NCBI GenBank assembly: GCA_965249485.1
Contig: OZ252239.1
Span: 3,424,001 to 3,488,000, forward strand
Direction of reading: 5' to 3'
DNA: 64,000 nucleotides
From: a bacterium
Lineage (GTDB): Bacteria > SM23-31
Every line of letters starts with the position of its first letter. The stretch's first letter is position 1. Below, piece by piece: positions 40,722 through 51,256 of the stretch. A model generated the notes under the pieces. It made no database searches and was not told where the DNA came from. It saw nothing but the letters and a program-made list of their open reading frames with translations. The translations under genes were made by a program, and so were the position numbers.

Positions 40722-41897
40722 TTATCGATCTACGCACCCAAGCACAATATCAATACTTGAAATGATAACAACGAGGTCGGCAAGCATATACCCTCGTGAT
40801 ATTTCATTGAGTACACTCAAATTGCTGAAACAGGGTGATCTTCCCTTTAACCGTGCAGGCCCTTTTCCCCCTTCACTGATCAGGTAAAAACCCAGTTCGC
40901 CACGTGGAGCTTCTGTTCGGACATAGAGCTTACCCTTCGGAACACGGACAACCTTGCCGATTTTTTCATGCATAACCGGACCATCGGGAATCAATTGAAG
41001 CGCCTGCCGGATTATTTTGACACTTTCGATCATCTCGTAAATACGCACTATATATCGGTCCCAGCAGTCACCGACAGTACCCATTTCGCCATTTCCAACA
41101 ATTACTTCATAATCGAATTTATCATATACCGAATAAGGATCGTCACGCCTCAGATCCCAATCTACACCAGACGCCCGGAGTGTCGGCCCTGATGTCCCAT
41201 AATTGATAGCAACATCGGCAGTCATGACACCGACATTTGCTGTCCGTTCGATAAATATTTTGTTGTATGAAAGTAACGGATTGTATTCTTCTATAACTTT
41301 CTTCTCAAAATAATCGAGAAACTCCATGCATTCCTTTGCAAAACCATCATAGAGATCGTGCGAAACACCGCCAATCCACATGTAGTTGTAAAGGAGACGT
41401 GCACCGCACAATTTCTCAAACATATCGAGAATCAATTCTCGTTCACGAAACGCCCACAGAAACGGAGTAAATGCGCCCGCATCCATTCCATACGTTCCGA
41501 ACGAAAGAAGATGACTCGCAATTCGCTGAAGCTCGGCTACAATTACCCTGAGGTATTGGGCACGTTCCGGCGCTTCGATTTCCATCAGTTTTTCTACCGC
41601 AAGGACGTATGAAAAATTCTGACCCATTGAGGCAATATAATCCATTCTGTCAGTATAGGGTATGACCCCCTGCCAGGATTCGTTTTCTGCATGTTTTTCA
41701 AAACAACGGTGGAGATATCCTATATGCGGTGTGACTTTTTTGATAATCTCGCCATCCGTCACACATTCGCATCTGAGCACGCCGTGTGTACTCGGATGCT
41801 GTGGACCCATCTGCAGAACCATGTCGTCCGTATCAAAACCTGTTTTGGGGGATTGACCCGGCTCTATATAAATATCTTCTGTTTTGATTTCAGCCAT
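40722..41897 (-). CDS. nuoD: NADH-quinone oxidoreductase subunit D
   Basis: GPQHPSTHGVLR, GYLHR, DRMDY, EAPRGE. Confidence 0.96.
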   Translation of the reverse strand: MAEIKTEDIYIEPGQSPKTGFDTDDMVLQMGPQHPSTHGVLRCECVTDGEIIKKVTPHIGYLHRCFEKHAENESWQGVIPYTDRMDYIASMGQNFSYVLAVEKLMEIEAPERAQYLRVIVAELQRIASHLLSFGTYGMDAGAFTPFLWAFRERELILDMFEKLCGARLLYNYMWIGGVSHDLYDGFAKECMEFLDYFEKKVIEEYNPLLSYNKIFIERTANVGVMTADVAINYGTSGPTLRASGVDWDLRRDDPYSVYDKFDYEVIVGNGEMGTVGDCWDRYIVRIYEMIESVKIIRQALQLIPDGPVMHEKIGKVVRVPKGKLYVRTEAPRGELGFYLISEGGKGPARLKGRSPCFSNLSVLNEISRGYMLADLVVIISSIDIVLGCVDR

Positions 41898-41920
41898 TTC
41901 GAACTATTCTGTATTTGCAA

Positions 41921-42424
41921 TTATTCAGACTGCGAATCTTCATCTTCCGGATATGGGACAGGCATGCCGTTATACATTTCCGGCGTGACGTAATCTTTTC
42001 TGAGTGGATAGCCTTCCCAGTCATCGGGACAGAGAATTCTTCTCATGTCGGAATGTCCGGTAAAGACAACACCAATAAGGTCAAACGCTTCCCGCTCATG
42101 CCAGTTTGCTGTTCGCCATATTCCCGAAACGGTCGGGACATTGGGTTTTTTCTTTGGCACAGTCACCATAAGTGTGACTTTATGTTTATGCTGAAGCGAA
42201 TTTAAGTGATAAACAACCTGCAGATTCTCCTCATCTAAGTCGACACTGCTAAGACACATAAGTAATTTACAGTCCAAACCGGGATCATCTTTCAGAAAAG
42301 TACACACCTCTGCTATTGCTCCTGGTTTGACAGCAATTACAGGCTCGACCACTTCAAGGTCCGCTTCAATAATTTTATCGCCAAATTTATCCTGAAGTTT
42401 TTTTGTGATTTCTTCAGCGTTCAT
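41921..42424 (-). CDS. nuoC: NADH-quinone oxidoreductase subunit C
   Basis: ANWHEREAFDL, GYPLRKDY. Confidence 0.95.
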   Translation of the reverse strand: MNAEEITKKLQDKFGDKIIEADLEVVEPVIAVKPGAIAEVCTFLKDDPGLDCKLLMCLSSVDLDEENLQVVYHLNSLQHKHKVTLMVTVPKKKPNVPTVSGIWRTANWHEREAFDLIGVVFTGHSDMRRILCPDDWEGYPLRKDYVTPEMYNGMPVPYPEDEDSQSE

Positions 42425-42521
42425 AGATCATACTTTTTATAAGAGACTTATTAATAAACAAATTATTCTGTTTTGATTTATAATCGTGTGCTTGATAATT
42501 TAAGTGCTGCCACAAGGCAGT

Positions 42522-43025
42522 TCATGCCGTTGCTTTTTCTTTCTTCTTCGCCAGCACCTGGTCTTTTTTGATCTTCTCTCTCAACTCAAGCAAACCGTCG
42601 ATGAGTGCTTCCGGTCTCGGGGGGCAACCGGGGACATAGACGTCGACAGGAATGATTTTGTCAACACCTTTCAGAACATGATACCCGTGATTCCAGTAGG
42701 GGCCGCCGCAGGTTGCACAGCTTCCCATCGAAATAACATATTTCGGTTCCGGCATCTGTTCATATAATCGCTTAATACGTGTTGCCATCTTAAGTGTGAC
42801 AGTACCTGCGATAATCATTACGTCCGACTGTCTCGGACTTGCTCTGAACATGATGCCGAACCGGTCAAGGTCAAACCTCGACGCTCCGGTTGCCATCATT
42901 TCTATTGCACAACATGCCAGTCCAAACGTCATGGGCCACAGCGAAGAGAGCCGTGCCCAGTTAAACAATTTATCGACAGATGTTATAAGAATATTGTTTC
43001 CAAACTTGCCTTCTAAAATTCCCAT
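42522..43025 (-). CDS. nuoB: NADH-quinone oxidoreductase subunit B
   Basis: [30 protein letters not shown]. Confidence 0.96.
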   Translation of the reverse strand: MGILEGKFGNNILITSVDKLFNWARLSSLWPMTFGLACCAIEMMATGASRFDLDRFGIMFRASPRQSDVMIIAGTVTLKMATRIKRLYEQMPEPKYVISMGSCATCGGPYWNHGYHVLKGVDKIIPVDVYVPGCPPRPEALIDGLLELREKIKKDQVLAKKKEKATA

Positions 43026-43060
43026 TTTTTTACCTTAATTCAGAATATGATAAATTCAAA

Positions 43061-43501
43061 TTAATCGTTGGGTTTTACCAGTACATCATCGGCGCTGTCA
43101 ACATGTGATTTCATCACCTCTTTACCGCTGTCGGCAAAATATGATTTCACCCACTCGAGGTCACCCTTGGCCCAGACATAAGCAAATCCTATAACCAGAA
43201 TCGCAAGAAAAACCATCATTTCAACAAAGGCAAACATGCCGAGTCTCTTGTAGACAATTGCCCAGGGAAACAGAAATACTACTTCCACGTCAAAAATGAT
43301 GAATATAAGTGCAATAATATAAAAACGGTTGTTAAATCTGATCCAGGCATGACCGACGGGATCTTCACCGCATTCGTAGGTTAAATATTTCTCATCGGAA
43401 CTTTTTCGGGGATGAATCAACCTCGAGACAATAAGGGCAACGCCTACCATTAAAATGCCGACTAAGAGGAAGATGAAGACATTAAGATATTCGAGTAGCA
43501 T
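43061..43501 (-). CDS. nuoA: NADH-quinone oxidoreductase subunit A
   Basis: YECGEDP, FDVEVVFLFPWA, KGDLEW. Confidence 0.96.
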   Translation of the reverse strand: MLLEYLNVFIFLLVGILMVGVALIVSRLIHPRKSSDEKYLTYECGEDPVGHAWIRFNNRFYIIALIFIIFDVEVVFLFPWAIVYKRLGMFAFVEMMVFLAILVIGFAYVWAKGDLEWVKSYFADSGKEVMKSHVDSADDVLVKPND

Positions 43502-43749
43502 CTGCTTTCAATCGCTATTCAATGAATCACTTTAATCAGTTCAGTTCTTAACCCATCAGGGGCAAATATAGTAACGTATTAGTTAATAGCCACTAACACA
43601 AAATGTATTCAATTATTTGAATTAAGTCAAGCAAAATTACCTGTGATATATTCAAAAAAAAACGTTATATTTCCTTTGTACATCAATCATTAAAAAACAG
43701 TACAATCCACAAAAACCTCGCAGCACCATAATACAGAATATATAAATAT

Positions 43750-44202
43750 ATGATACCTATAAATAGATTGCACACCTATGACCGCAGCATTACGAGTTGG
43801 ATGGAACGGTATGGAGCCGAATTTCTCAGATACTCACTCGGAATTATATTCATTTGGTTCGGGATATTGAAACTATTCGGTGTCAGTCCCGCTCAATTAC
43901 TCGTCGAAAGGACAGTATATTGGTTTCCGCCTGATTTATTCGTCCAGATTCTCGGATGGTGGGAAGTGGCTATCGGTGTCGGGCTGTTATTTCGCCCTTT
44001 GATCAGGGGAGCGCTCTTTCTTCTCTTTCTTCAACTGCCGGGGACTTTTCTTCCTCTATTGTTGCTCCCTGACGTCTGTTTTGCCGATTTTCCATTTGTT
44101 CTCACCCTTGAAGGACAATACATTATCAAAAATCTTATACTGCTCAGTGCTGGAATTGCCGTTGGCGGGACCGTGAGAAAAAAAGAATTGATCCTGCATT
44201 AG
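43750..44202 (+). CDS. DoxX/YkgB-like membrane protein
   Basis: LRYSLGIIFIWFGILK, EVAIG, GQYIIKN. Confidence 0.8.
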   Translation: MIPINRLHTYDRSITSWMERYGAEFLRYSLGIIFIWFGILKLFGVSPAQLLVERTVYWFPPDLFVQILGWWEVAIGVGLLFRPLIRGALFLLFLQLPGTFLPLLLLPDVCFADFPFVLTLEGQYIIKNLILLSAGIAVGGTVRKKELILH

Positions 44203-44262
44203 ATACTGATTATTTATAATAATTTACCTGCAATATTTGTTTTACATTATTCGGAGGTTTAC

Positions 44263-44592
44263 GTGAGTGAGGAATCGCACAACATTACGGGATCAGCGGC
44301 CGTTGAATCTCTGATAGAATATCAAAGCGGTTCTGTCGTGAGCAGAATGATCATAAAGAAAAGTACCGGGACGGTCACCCTTTTTGCGTTTGATGCCGGA
44401 GAAGGATTATCGGAACACACAACGAAATATGAAGCGCTCATCACGATCGTCGACGGTTCAGCCGAGATCACTATATCGGGTGCAAAGCATACCGTGTCGA
44501 AAGGTGAACTTATCATTCTTCCTGCAAATGAACCGCACGCACTCCATGCTCCTGAGCGATTCAAAATGGTGCTTACCATGATCAAAGATTGA
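44263..44592 (+). CDS. Cupin-domain protein
   Basis: VTLFAFDAGEGLSEH, PANEPHAL, FKMVL. Confidence 0.88.
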   Translation: MSEESHNITGSAAVESLIEYQSGSVVSRMIIKKSTGTVTLFAFDAGEGLSEHTTKYEALITIVDGSAEITISGAKHTVSKGELIILPANEPHALHAPERFKMVLTMIKD

Positions 44593-44740
44593 CGAAATCG
44601 CCCGCCGGTCTCGAACCAAATCTCTTCGGAGAAAAGCCAGCATTACATTCCAATGAGGAAATCGAAAGGTAAATTATTTAAGATTATTTTACTATTCAAT
44701 ATGGATAATTTGAAAACATATTAACCTGAGCGGAAAAGAA

Positions 44741-45748
44741 ATGACAAATATAAGGAGTTATGCAGCGAAAAAAGCTGGCGGACAGCTCGAACAGTATGAA
44801 TATGATCCGGGACAGCTTGGTGGATGGGATATCGAGGTGGACGTATCGCACTGCGGTATTTGCCACAGTGACGTCCATCTGATCGACAATGACTGGGACA
44901 TCAGCACGTACCCCTTCGTGCCGGGACATGAAGTTGTCGGAACGGTTACCATGAAAGGGAAACATGTCGATGTTCTCAAACGCGGAGACCGGGTCGGGAT
45001 CGGCTGGCAGTCAGGTGCATGTTTTTCGTGCGATTACTGTTTGACCGGACGGGAGAATCTCTGCACCCATCAGAAAGCGACGTGTGTCGACCAGTATGGC
45101 GGATTTGCGGACCGAATACGCGTTGACAGCCGGTTTGCATTTAAGATCCCCGACTCGCTCGATTCGGAAACAACTGCTCCCCTGCTCTGCGGTGGGATAA
45201 CTGTCTATTCTCCACTCCGAATTAATGGAGTCATACCACCAATGCATGTCGGCGTTATCGGCATCGGCGGGCTCGGGCACATGGCACTCCAGTTTGCACG
45301 TGCGTTCGGATGTGAAGTAACAGCGTTTTCATCACATTCCGACAAACAGTCTGAAGCAAAACAGTTCGGGGCACATAAATTTATTTCGAGTACTGACTCA
45401 AAAGCGCTCAACAAAGCGAAAAACTCGCTTGATTTTATTATCACGACGGTCTTTGTCGATCTCGATTGGGAAAAATATTTGCAAATTCTGAAACCGGGTG
45501 GAAAATTGTGTGTTGTCGGCAGCCCTCCTCAGCCGATACCGGCATCGGGGCATCAGCTTATTGTGTTCGAACATGGAATTGTCGGCTCAAACACCGGCGG
45601 GCGGTACATGATCCGTGAAATGCTCGAATTTGCTGCCCGGCACAATATCAAAGCCCAAACAGAACCAATGCCGATGTCAGATGCGAATAAAGGAGTTGAA
45701 AGAGTGCGGGATAATGATGCGCGGTATCGGGTGGTGTTGCAGAAATGA
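44741..45748 (+). CDS. Zn-dependent NAD(P)H alcohol dehydrogenase/aldehyde reductase (Ahr/YahK type)
   Basis: CGICHSD, PGHEVVG, structural Zn cysteines, GIGGLGH, RYRVVL. Confidence 0.92.
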   Translation: MTNIRSYAAKKAGGQLEQYEYDPGQLGGWDIEVDVSHCGICHSDVHLIDNDWDISTYPFVPGHEVVGTVTMKGKHVDVLKRGDRVGIGWQSGACFSCDYCLTGRENLCTHQKATCVDQYGGFADRIRVDSRFAFKIPDSLDSETTAPLLCGGITVYSPLRINGVIPPMHVGVIGIGGLGHMALQFARAFGCEVTAFSSHSDKQSEAKQFGAHKFISSTDSKALNKAKNSLDFIITTVFVDLDWEKYLQILKPGGKLCVVGSPPQPIPASGHQLIVFEHGIVGSNTGGRYMIREMLEFAARHNIKAQTEPMPMSDANKGVERVRDNDARYRVVLQK

Positions 45749-45846
45749 ATAAAAGTTATTGACGATATTCTTGAGGATCTTAATCGAATTAAATTATATA
45801 GTATTTCAATAATAAAGCAAAATACATAAGACAATTATCTTATATT

Positions 45847-46863
45847 TTACCCACCGATTTGGTACATTTCGATCTTTTTGAGGGAAGACTTTTGCGAGGT
45901 GCTTTGGGAGCGGAATTCGGAGTAGCGGTCGTCTCTCTTTTTCCACACCTTTGTAATTAATTCTATAATTTCTTCATCGGTCGCACCGGCGCGGAGTGGC
46001 CCGCGGAGGTCTGTTCCCTCCGTTCCAAACAGACAGGTAAATAGTCTTCCATCGGTGGCTAACCTGATACGTGCACAGCCACCGCAGAAGGGTTTCGTGA
46101 CAGACGCAATGACACCGATTTCACCCTGTCCATCTTTGAAGCGGTATCTATTCGCAACTTCACCAATATAGTTCGGGTCAACTGGCTCGAGTGGAAATGC
46201 GCTGTTAATAAGTGCGATTATCTCTTCAGCAGGCACAACATGATCGAGGTTCCAGCCGTTCAGGTTTCCGACATCCATATATTCGATGAACCGCATAATG
46301 TGACCTGTTCCCCGGAAATAGCGGACAAGATCGAGCAGTATGTGGTCATTGATTCCACGTTGAACAACGGCATTGATTTTAATCGATGCAAACTCCGCTT
46401 CCTCGGCTGCTTTTATTCCGCTGAGGACACGTTCGACACTGTATTCCCTGCCGTTCATTTTTTTGAATATCTCGTCATCGAGCGAATCGAGGCTGACTGA
46501 AATCCTTGAAAGGCCGGACTGTTTAAGCGATGCTGCAAATTTTGGTAGAAGATAACCGTTTGTCGTGAGTGCCAGATCACCGACATCATCGATTGCCGCA
46601 AGGAGCCCGACGAGGTTTTCGATGTCTTCACGCATGAGCGGTTCGCCTCCGGTCAGGCGGATTTTCCGCATACCGAATCCAGTAAAAATCTTTACAACTC
46701 TGGTGATTTCTTCAAAGGTAAGGATGTCTTGTCTCGGGAGAAACGTGTACTTTTCCCCGTATATATCTGCCGGCATGCAGTAGGGACAACGGAAATTACA
46801 CCGGTCGGTCACTGAAATACGGAGGTCATGCATTGCCCTGCCGCATGTATCGAGTATACTCAT
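45847..46863 (-). CDS. moaA: GTP 3',8-cyclase
   Basis: LRISVTDRCNFRCPYCMP, FCGGCARIR, C-terminal IGG. Confidence 0.97.
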   Translation of the reverse strand: MSILDTCGRAMHDLRISVTDRCNFRCPYCMPADIYGEKYTFLPRQDILTFEEITRVVKIFTGFGMRKIRLTGGEPLMREDIENLVGLLAAIDDVGDLALTTNGYLLPKFAASLKQSGLSRISVSLDSLDDEIFKKMNGREYSVERVLSGIKAAEEAEFASIKINAVVQRGINDHILLDLVRYFRGTGHIMRFIEYMDVGNLNGWNLDHVVPAEEIIALINSAFPLEPVDPNYIGEVANRYRFKDGQGEIGVIASVTKPFCGGCARIRLATDGRLFTCLFGTEGTDLRGPLRAGATDEEIIELITKVWKKRDDRYSEFRSQSTSQKSSLKKIEMYQIGG

Positions 46864-47076
46864 ATAATTTCAAGTGTAGTGTATTTCATTTGTACGATAT
46901 TTATTACTCAACCGGAAACCGGAAAATATGCTCCGGTATCACAGAACACTTTTTTGCCTTCATGTGTCTGTCGGTGCCTTTAAAACTTCGGTTCCCTTCA
47001 GAGTATAATTATACAGCACAATATACGTGGCTATATGATAAATCCCCTTAACTACATTATTTAAGACAGTATTCTC

Positions 47077-48972
47077 TTATTGAAAAAGCTGCTTTAGAAG
47101 ATTTTTGTGGTTTTTGGTAAAAAATTCTTCCATCCGAAGAGCAAGCTGTTCCGGTGTGAGACCGACAGTTTCGAGAAGTTTTTTTCGAGCACCGTGTACA
47201 ATAAATTTTTCAGGTACGCCTATCTTTAATACGCTTCCTTTGAACTGCTTCAAATCAGCACAACAATTTGCAACCTGTTCACCAAGCCCCCCGCGTAGAA
47301 TATTTTCTTCTACGGTCACAATTACATCATACTGCTCAGCATTTTTTTCGAGAAATTCGGTATCGATCGGCTTAATATATCGGGCATTTACAATCGCCGG
47401 TTTAATTCCACGTGCATGGAGGAAATCAGCAGTTTTCTGCGAAGCGGCAACCATGGTTCCCGAAGCAATGATAAGTAAATCAGTTCCTTCGTTGAGCAGT
47501 TCCCACGAGCCAATAGGCACTGTTTTAAACGGTTCACCCCAGTCAATTGAAGGAACACTATCGCGAGGATACCGGATAGTAAACGGGCCATCGGTGTAGT
47601 TTACTGCAGTGTAGAGAAGATGGCGCAGTTCCGTGCCGTCTTTTGGTGCAGCGATTACCATGCCGGGGATAATTCCCATATAGCCGATATCTAAATTACC
47701 ATGATGAGTCGGGCCGTCTTCGCCCACGAGGCCTGCCCGGTCAAGTGCAAACGTCACCGGGAGACGCTGAATACTCACATCGTGAATGATATGATCGTAT
47801 GCTCGTTGAAGGAAAGTCGAATATATTGCCGCAACCGGTTTCATTCCTTCTGTTGCAAGGCCGCCTGCAAAGGTAACGCCATGCCCTTCAGCAATACCGA
47901 CATCAAAAAACCGGTCAGGAAAAGCGTCGGCAAATTCAACAAGTCCGGTCCCTTCTTTCATTGCAGCAGTGATAGCACACACTTTTTTATCCTGCTTTGC
48001 AAGATCGATCATTGTTCTGCCAAATACGTTTGTATACGCGACCGCAGCGTCAGGGAAAGCTCCCGGTATTTTTGGCGCCTTTACACCGTGATACTTAATC
48101 GGATCTTTTTCCGCATAGTCGCAACCTTTGCCTTTTTGCGTCAGAAAATGGACAATCTGAGGTCCGGGCAGATCCCGAATATTTGAAAGCACATTGACCA
48201 CTTCCTTCAGGTTATGACCGTCAATCGGACCATAATATTTGAATCCGAGATCCTCGAACAACATACCGGGAATTACTAGAGTTTTGAGACTCTCTTCAAA
48301 TTTATGTGCAAGAAGCCGGATAGTTTCGGATTTTGGTATTTTCCCGGTCAGGTCCCAAATCTTTGACCTGATTGATTGATAAACCGGATTTGTTACCATA
48401 TTGACAAGATAGCGGGATATTGCACCAACATTTTTTGAAATCGACATATTATTGTCGTTTAACACAACTGTGATGTCAGTCCCTGCTGCGCCGGCATTGT
48501 TCAGCCCTTCGTACGCCAAACCACCGGTCATTCCTCCATCGCCGATTACAGCAACAACTCTGAATTTCTTCTCGAGTAGATCTCGGGCTTTGGCGATACC
48601 AAGTGCGGAAGAAATTGAGGTACTCGCATGCCCGGCACCGAACACATCATAGGGACTTTCATCGCGCGACAGAAATCCACTGATTCCTTCATACTGGCGG
48701 ATGTTTTTCAGAGCATCCTTTCTGCCGGTAAGAATTTTGTGGACATACCCCTGATGACCAACATCCCAGATAATTTTATCTTCCGGTGCATTAAATATGT
48801 GATGAAGCGCAATCGTAATCTCGGTCACACCGAGACTCGATGCAAAATGGCCGCCTATAGCTGGAATAGTATCTATTATATATTGACGGATCTCTTCAGC
48901 AAGCTCGCACAATTCTTTAACATTTAAGCTTTTGAGATCACTGGGAAATTCTATTTTTGATAAATGAGACAT
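47077..48972 (-). CDS. dxs: 1-deoxy-D-xylulose-5-phosphate synthase
   Basis: WDVGHQ, AGHASTSIS, GDG..TGG, DVGIAE, YSTFLQRAYD, DRAGLVGEDGPTH. Confidence 0.97.
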   Translation of the reverse strand: MSHLSKIEFPSDLKSLNVKELCELAEEIRQYIIDTIPAIGGHFASSLGVTEITIALHHIFNAPEDKIIWDVGHQGYVHKILTGRKDALKNIRQYEGISGFLSRDESPYDVFGAGHASTSISSALGIAKARDLLEKKFRVVAVIGDGGMTGGLAYEGLNNAGAAGTDITVVLNDNNMSISKNVGAISRYLVNMVTNPVYQSIRSKIWDLTGKIPKSETIRLLAHKFEESLKTLVIPGMLFEDLGFKYYGPIDGHNLKEVVNVLSNIRDLPGPQIVHFLTQKGKGCDYAEKDPIKYHGVKAPKIPGAFPDAAVAYTNVFGRTMIDLAKQDKKVCAITAAMKEGTGLVEFADAFPDRFFDVGIAEGHGVTFAGGLATEGMKPVAAIYSTFLQRAYDHIIHDVSIQRLPVTFALDRAGLVGEDGPTHHGNLDIGYMGIIPGMVIAAPKDGTELRHLLYTAVNYTDGPFTIRYPRDSVPSIDWGEPFKTVPIGSWELLNEGTDLLIIASGTMVAASQKTADFLHARGIKPAIVNARYIKPIDTEFLEKNAEQYDVIVTVEENILRGGLGEQVANCCADLKQFKGSVLKIGVPEKFIVHGARKKLLETVGLTPEQLALRMEEFFTKNHKNLLKQLFQ

Positions 48973-49097
48973 ATATATTACTTAGATCTAATTAGTCTGT
49001 TGAGCGGAATTCATCGATGCGCAGTTAATCGCGAAAGTAACAAATGAATTAATATATTAAGGACATTATGAAATAGCAATGTAATTTAAATTCACTG

Positions 49098-50258
49098 CTA
49101 TTCGATTTCGATCCATTTTTTATAATAAAAATCGCTTGTTTTGTCGTTATTCAGGTGCTTCATTACTTCGTAAAACCACAGGTCAAACTGCGATTCATGC
49201 TCATCATGTCTTGGAAAAGGATTTTTGTCAGCACCTAATAGCACCCGGCCAATTCGTTCCAGCATGCCAAGAGCAAGTTCTGGTATACCAACATAACGTA
49301 CCCCTTCCAGTTGCATCATTTTGCTCAAAACATAATTCAGTGTCGAGCCACCCGGAATAAAACCTAGTGCACGGGTCCGCATTACCGGGAGGAAAAAATC
49401 AATGATCAACCTGTCAGTATTGTATGCATCTGAGGTCGCATTCTGGATAATAACCTTCGGTAAATGGAGACTCGTCGAATAAGGACCATTTCTACCGTAC
49501 TCTACGGATGAAGGATCACGGCTCACAAAATCCATGCTCCCCCGCCAATCTGCAAATGCTGTTGCTGCTACATTGATACCATTTTGTTCGAGAATATCGG
49601 TAAACTGAACCGCCATATCTCCCATAATAAATTTTGTCGTTTTAATTCTTTTCTCATCGAGCAGCTGAAGCTCCCATTGAAAAAGTCCTTCTTCATCTAC
49701 ATCTTTCACAAATACAGGAGGACTTCCCGGAAGCAGGCCAGAACTTGCTGCTGCTACCGTATTGATATAGACGACATTCTGTGCACCCGCATCTCTAAGA
49801 GCGTTAACTATTTTGTTAAGACTGTCACCCTCAAGTGCAAGACCGTCATTGATCCAACTAAATCTGCTGCCCAAACCGGCTTTTTCTGCACGTTCTTCCA
49901 TTAATCTACCGGTATGGTATCCAACCGACCGGCTTAAATCCCGTGCAATTACGGTAAGGCTACCACTGTTCTGTAATAAATTCAGGACTGCACTCGCAAG
50001 TGCTCCCCCCAAACCGGGGCCGGTTGCACCGGCAAACACAAAGTGGGATTCTTTGATCCAGTTTAGATCGTACCTGTTATCATCGAGTAAACTTTTTTGA
50101 TTAGACCAAATGGAATCAAGCAGTTCTTCCGCGTCTTTGGGATATCGTTCAACATCTTCCTGTGTCGGTCTTGGGATTGCCGGTGCACCTTGTTTTATCC
50201 TCAGACCAGGTGCAGGTTTAGTATACGGGCTTAGACTATTAACTGACATAATGTTCAC
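49098..50258 (-). CDS. Divergent FabV/trans-2-enoyl-CoA reductase-like protein
   Basis: Rossmann-like FAGATGPGLG plus several co-linear segments resembling FabV (see finding). Confidence 0.55.
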   Translation of the reverse strand: MNIMSVNSLSPYTKPAPGLRIKQGAPAIPRPTQEDVERYPKDAEELLDSIWSNQKSLLDDNRYDLNWIKESHFVFAGATGPGLGGALASAVLNLLQNSGSLTVIARDLSRSVGYHTGRLMEERAEKAGLGSRFSWINDGLALEGDSLNKIVNALRDAGAQNVVYINTVAAASSGLLPGSPPVFVKDVDEEGLFQWELQLLDEKRIKTTKFIMGDMAVQFTDILEQNGINVAATAFADWRGSMDFVSRDPSSVEYGRNGPYSTSLHLPKVIIQNATSDAYNTDRLIIDFFLPVMRTRALGFIPGGSTLNYVLSKMMQLEGVRYVGIPELALGMLERIGRVLLGADKNPFPRHDEHESQFDLWFYEVMKHLNNDKTSDFYYKKWIEIE

Positions 50259-50281
50259 CTACCGTAGAAAACAATTTCTTG

Positions 50282-51193
50282 TTATTCTTCCTCGTCGCTC
50301 TCATCATCGACTTTTCCGTCATCTTCTAATTCTTCTTCACTTAAATATCCCCATGTATCTCTCATACTTTTACAATACTCTTCAATTGCATCTACAGATT
50401 CATCAGGAATAGAATACTTCCCGAGATCAGCCTCCCGCTCAGGTTCACCATGAAAATCTGACCCGCCGCTTGTAAGAAGAGATAGCTCAGTTGCAATTTT
50501 TGCTAACTCCTTCTGTTTATCAGGCGAATGTTTCGGATGGACGACTTCCAAACCATCCAAGCCCGCTTCGACAAGACTGCGCACTATTTCATCGGAACAA
50601 CTGATACCCGGATGAGCAACGAATGCTGCCCCTCCTATTGAGTGGATCAGTTCGATGATTTCCGATGCAGTTATCTTATATTTTTCTACATAAACGGGGC
50701 CGTCTCCCCCTAAATATTTCTCGAATGCCTCATTCTGGGAACTAACATGACCGCCGGAAATGAGTGCATCGGCAATATGCGGTCTGCCGATCGGTCTGTT
50801 CCGTGCTATAGAAACAACATCATCAAGCGCAATATGGATCCCGAGTTTTTCCAGTTTCGCAACCATTTCCTGTGCGCGTTGATGGCGGCGCCGTTGAAAC
50901 AAATACAGATAGTCGAGAAATCGTTTGTTGTGGTGCTGGATAAAATAACCGAGAAAATGGATATCCAGTCCTTCGAACTCTCCACTTAATTCAACACCGG
51001 TAACAATTCGTAAGTTAAACATCTGTGCTCTTCGATTCAAGGCATCAACGGCAGCAACACTATCATGGTCGGTAACCGCTATTGTCGACAAGCCATGCTC
51101 CCGCATCTTGTCAAAGAGCTCAATTGGCGACAGGCGCCCATCGGAAATGTTGGTATGTAAATGGAGATCAGCTTTTTTGGATTGTTCTAGCAT
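50282..51193 (-). CDS. PHP-domain phosphoesterase (TrpH/YciV-like)
   Basis: DLHLHT..SDG, TDHD, GVELS, GRPHIA, AHP, GGSDFHG. Confidence 0.92.
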   Translation of the reverse strand: MLEQSKKADLHLHTNISDGRLSPIELFDKMREHGLSTIAVTDHDSVAAVDALNRRAQMFNLRIVTGVELSGEFEGLDIHFLGYFIQHHNKRFLDYLYLFQRRRHQRAQEMVAKLEKLGIHIALDDVVSIARNRPIGRPHIADALISGGHVSSQNEAFEKYLGGDGPVYVEKYKITASEIIELIHSIGGAAFVAHPGISCSDEIVRSLVEAGLDGLEVVHPKHSPDKQKELAKIATELSLLTSGGSDFHGEPEREADLGKYSIPDESVDAIEEYCKSMRDTWGYLSEEELEDDGKVDDESDEEE

Positions 51194-51256
51194 TCAGCAC
51201 ATTTCTTCTTAAGTAATAATGGTTTATTTACTCGTATTTTGATTACATGAAGCAGC

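Noticed and set aside
40722..43025. nuoB/C/D as a group 4 [NiFe]-hydrogenase
   Set aside because: NuoD lacks both CxxC motifs and NuoB has the complex I tandem CC motif.
46960..47002. Minus-strand CTCTGAAGGGAACCGAAG...AGGCACCGACAGAC upstream of moaA resembling a glycine riboswitch fragment
   Set aside because: Too short, lacks the P3 stems and CUCUCAGG core; no Moco riboswitch consensus visible either.
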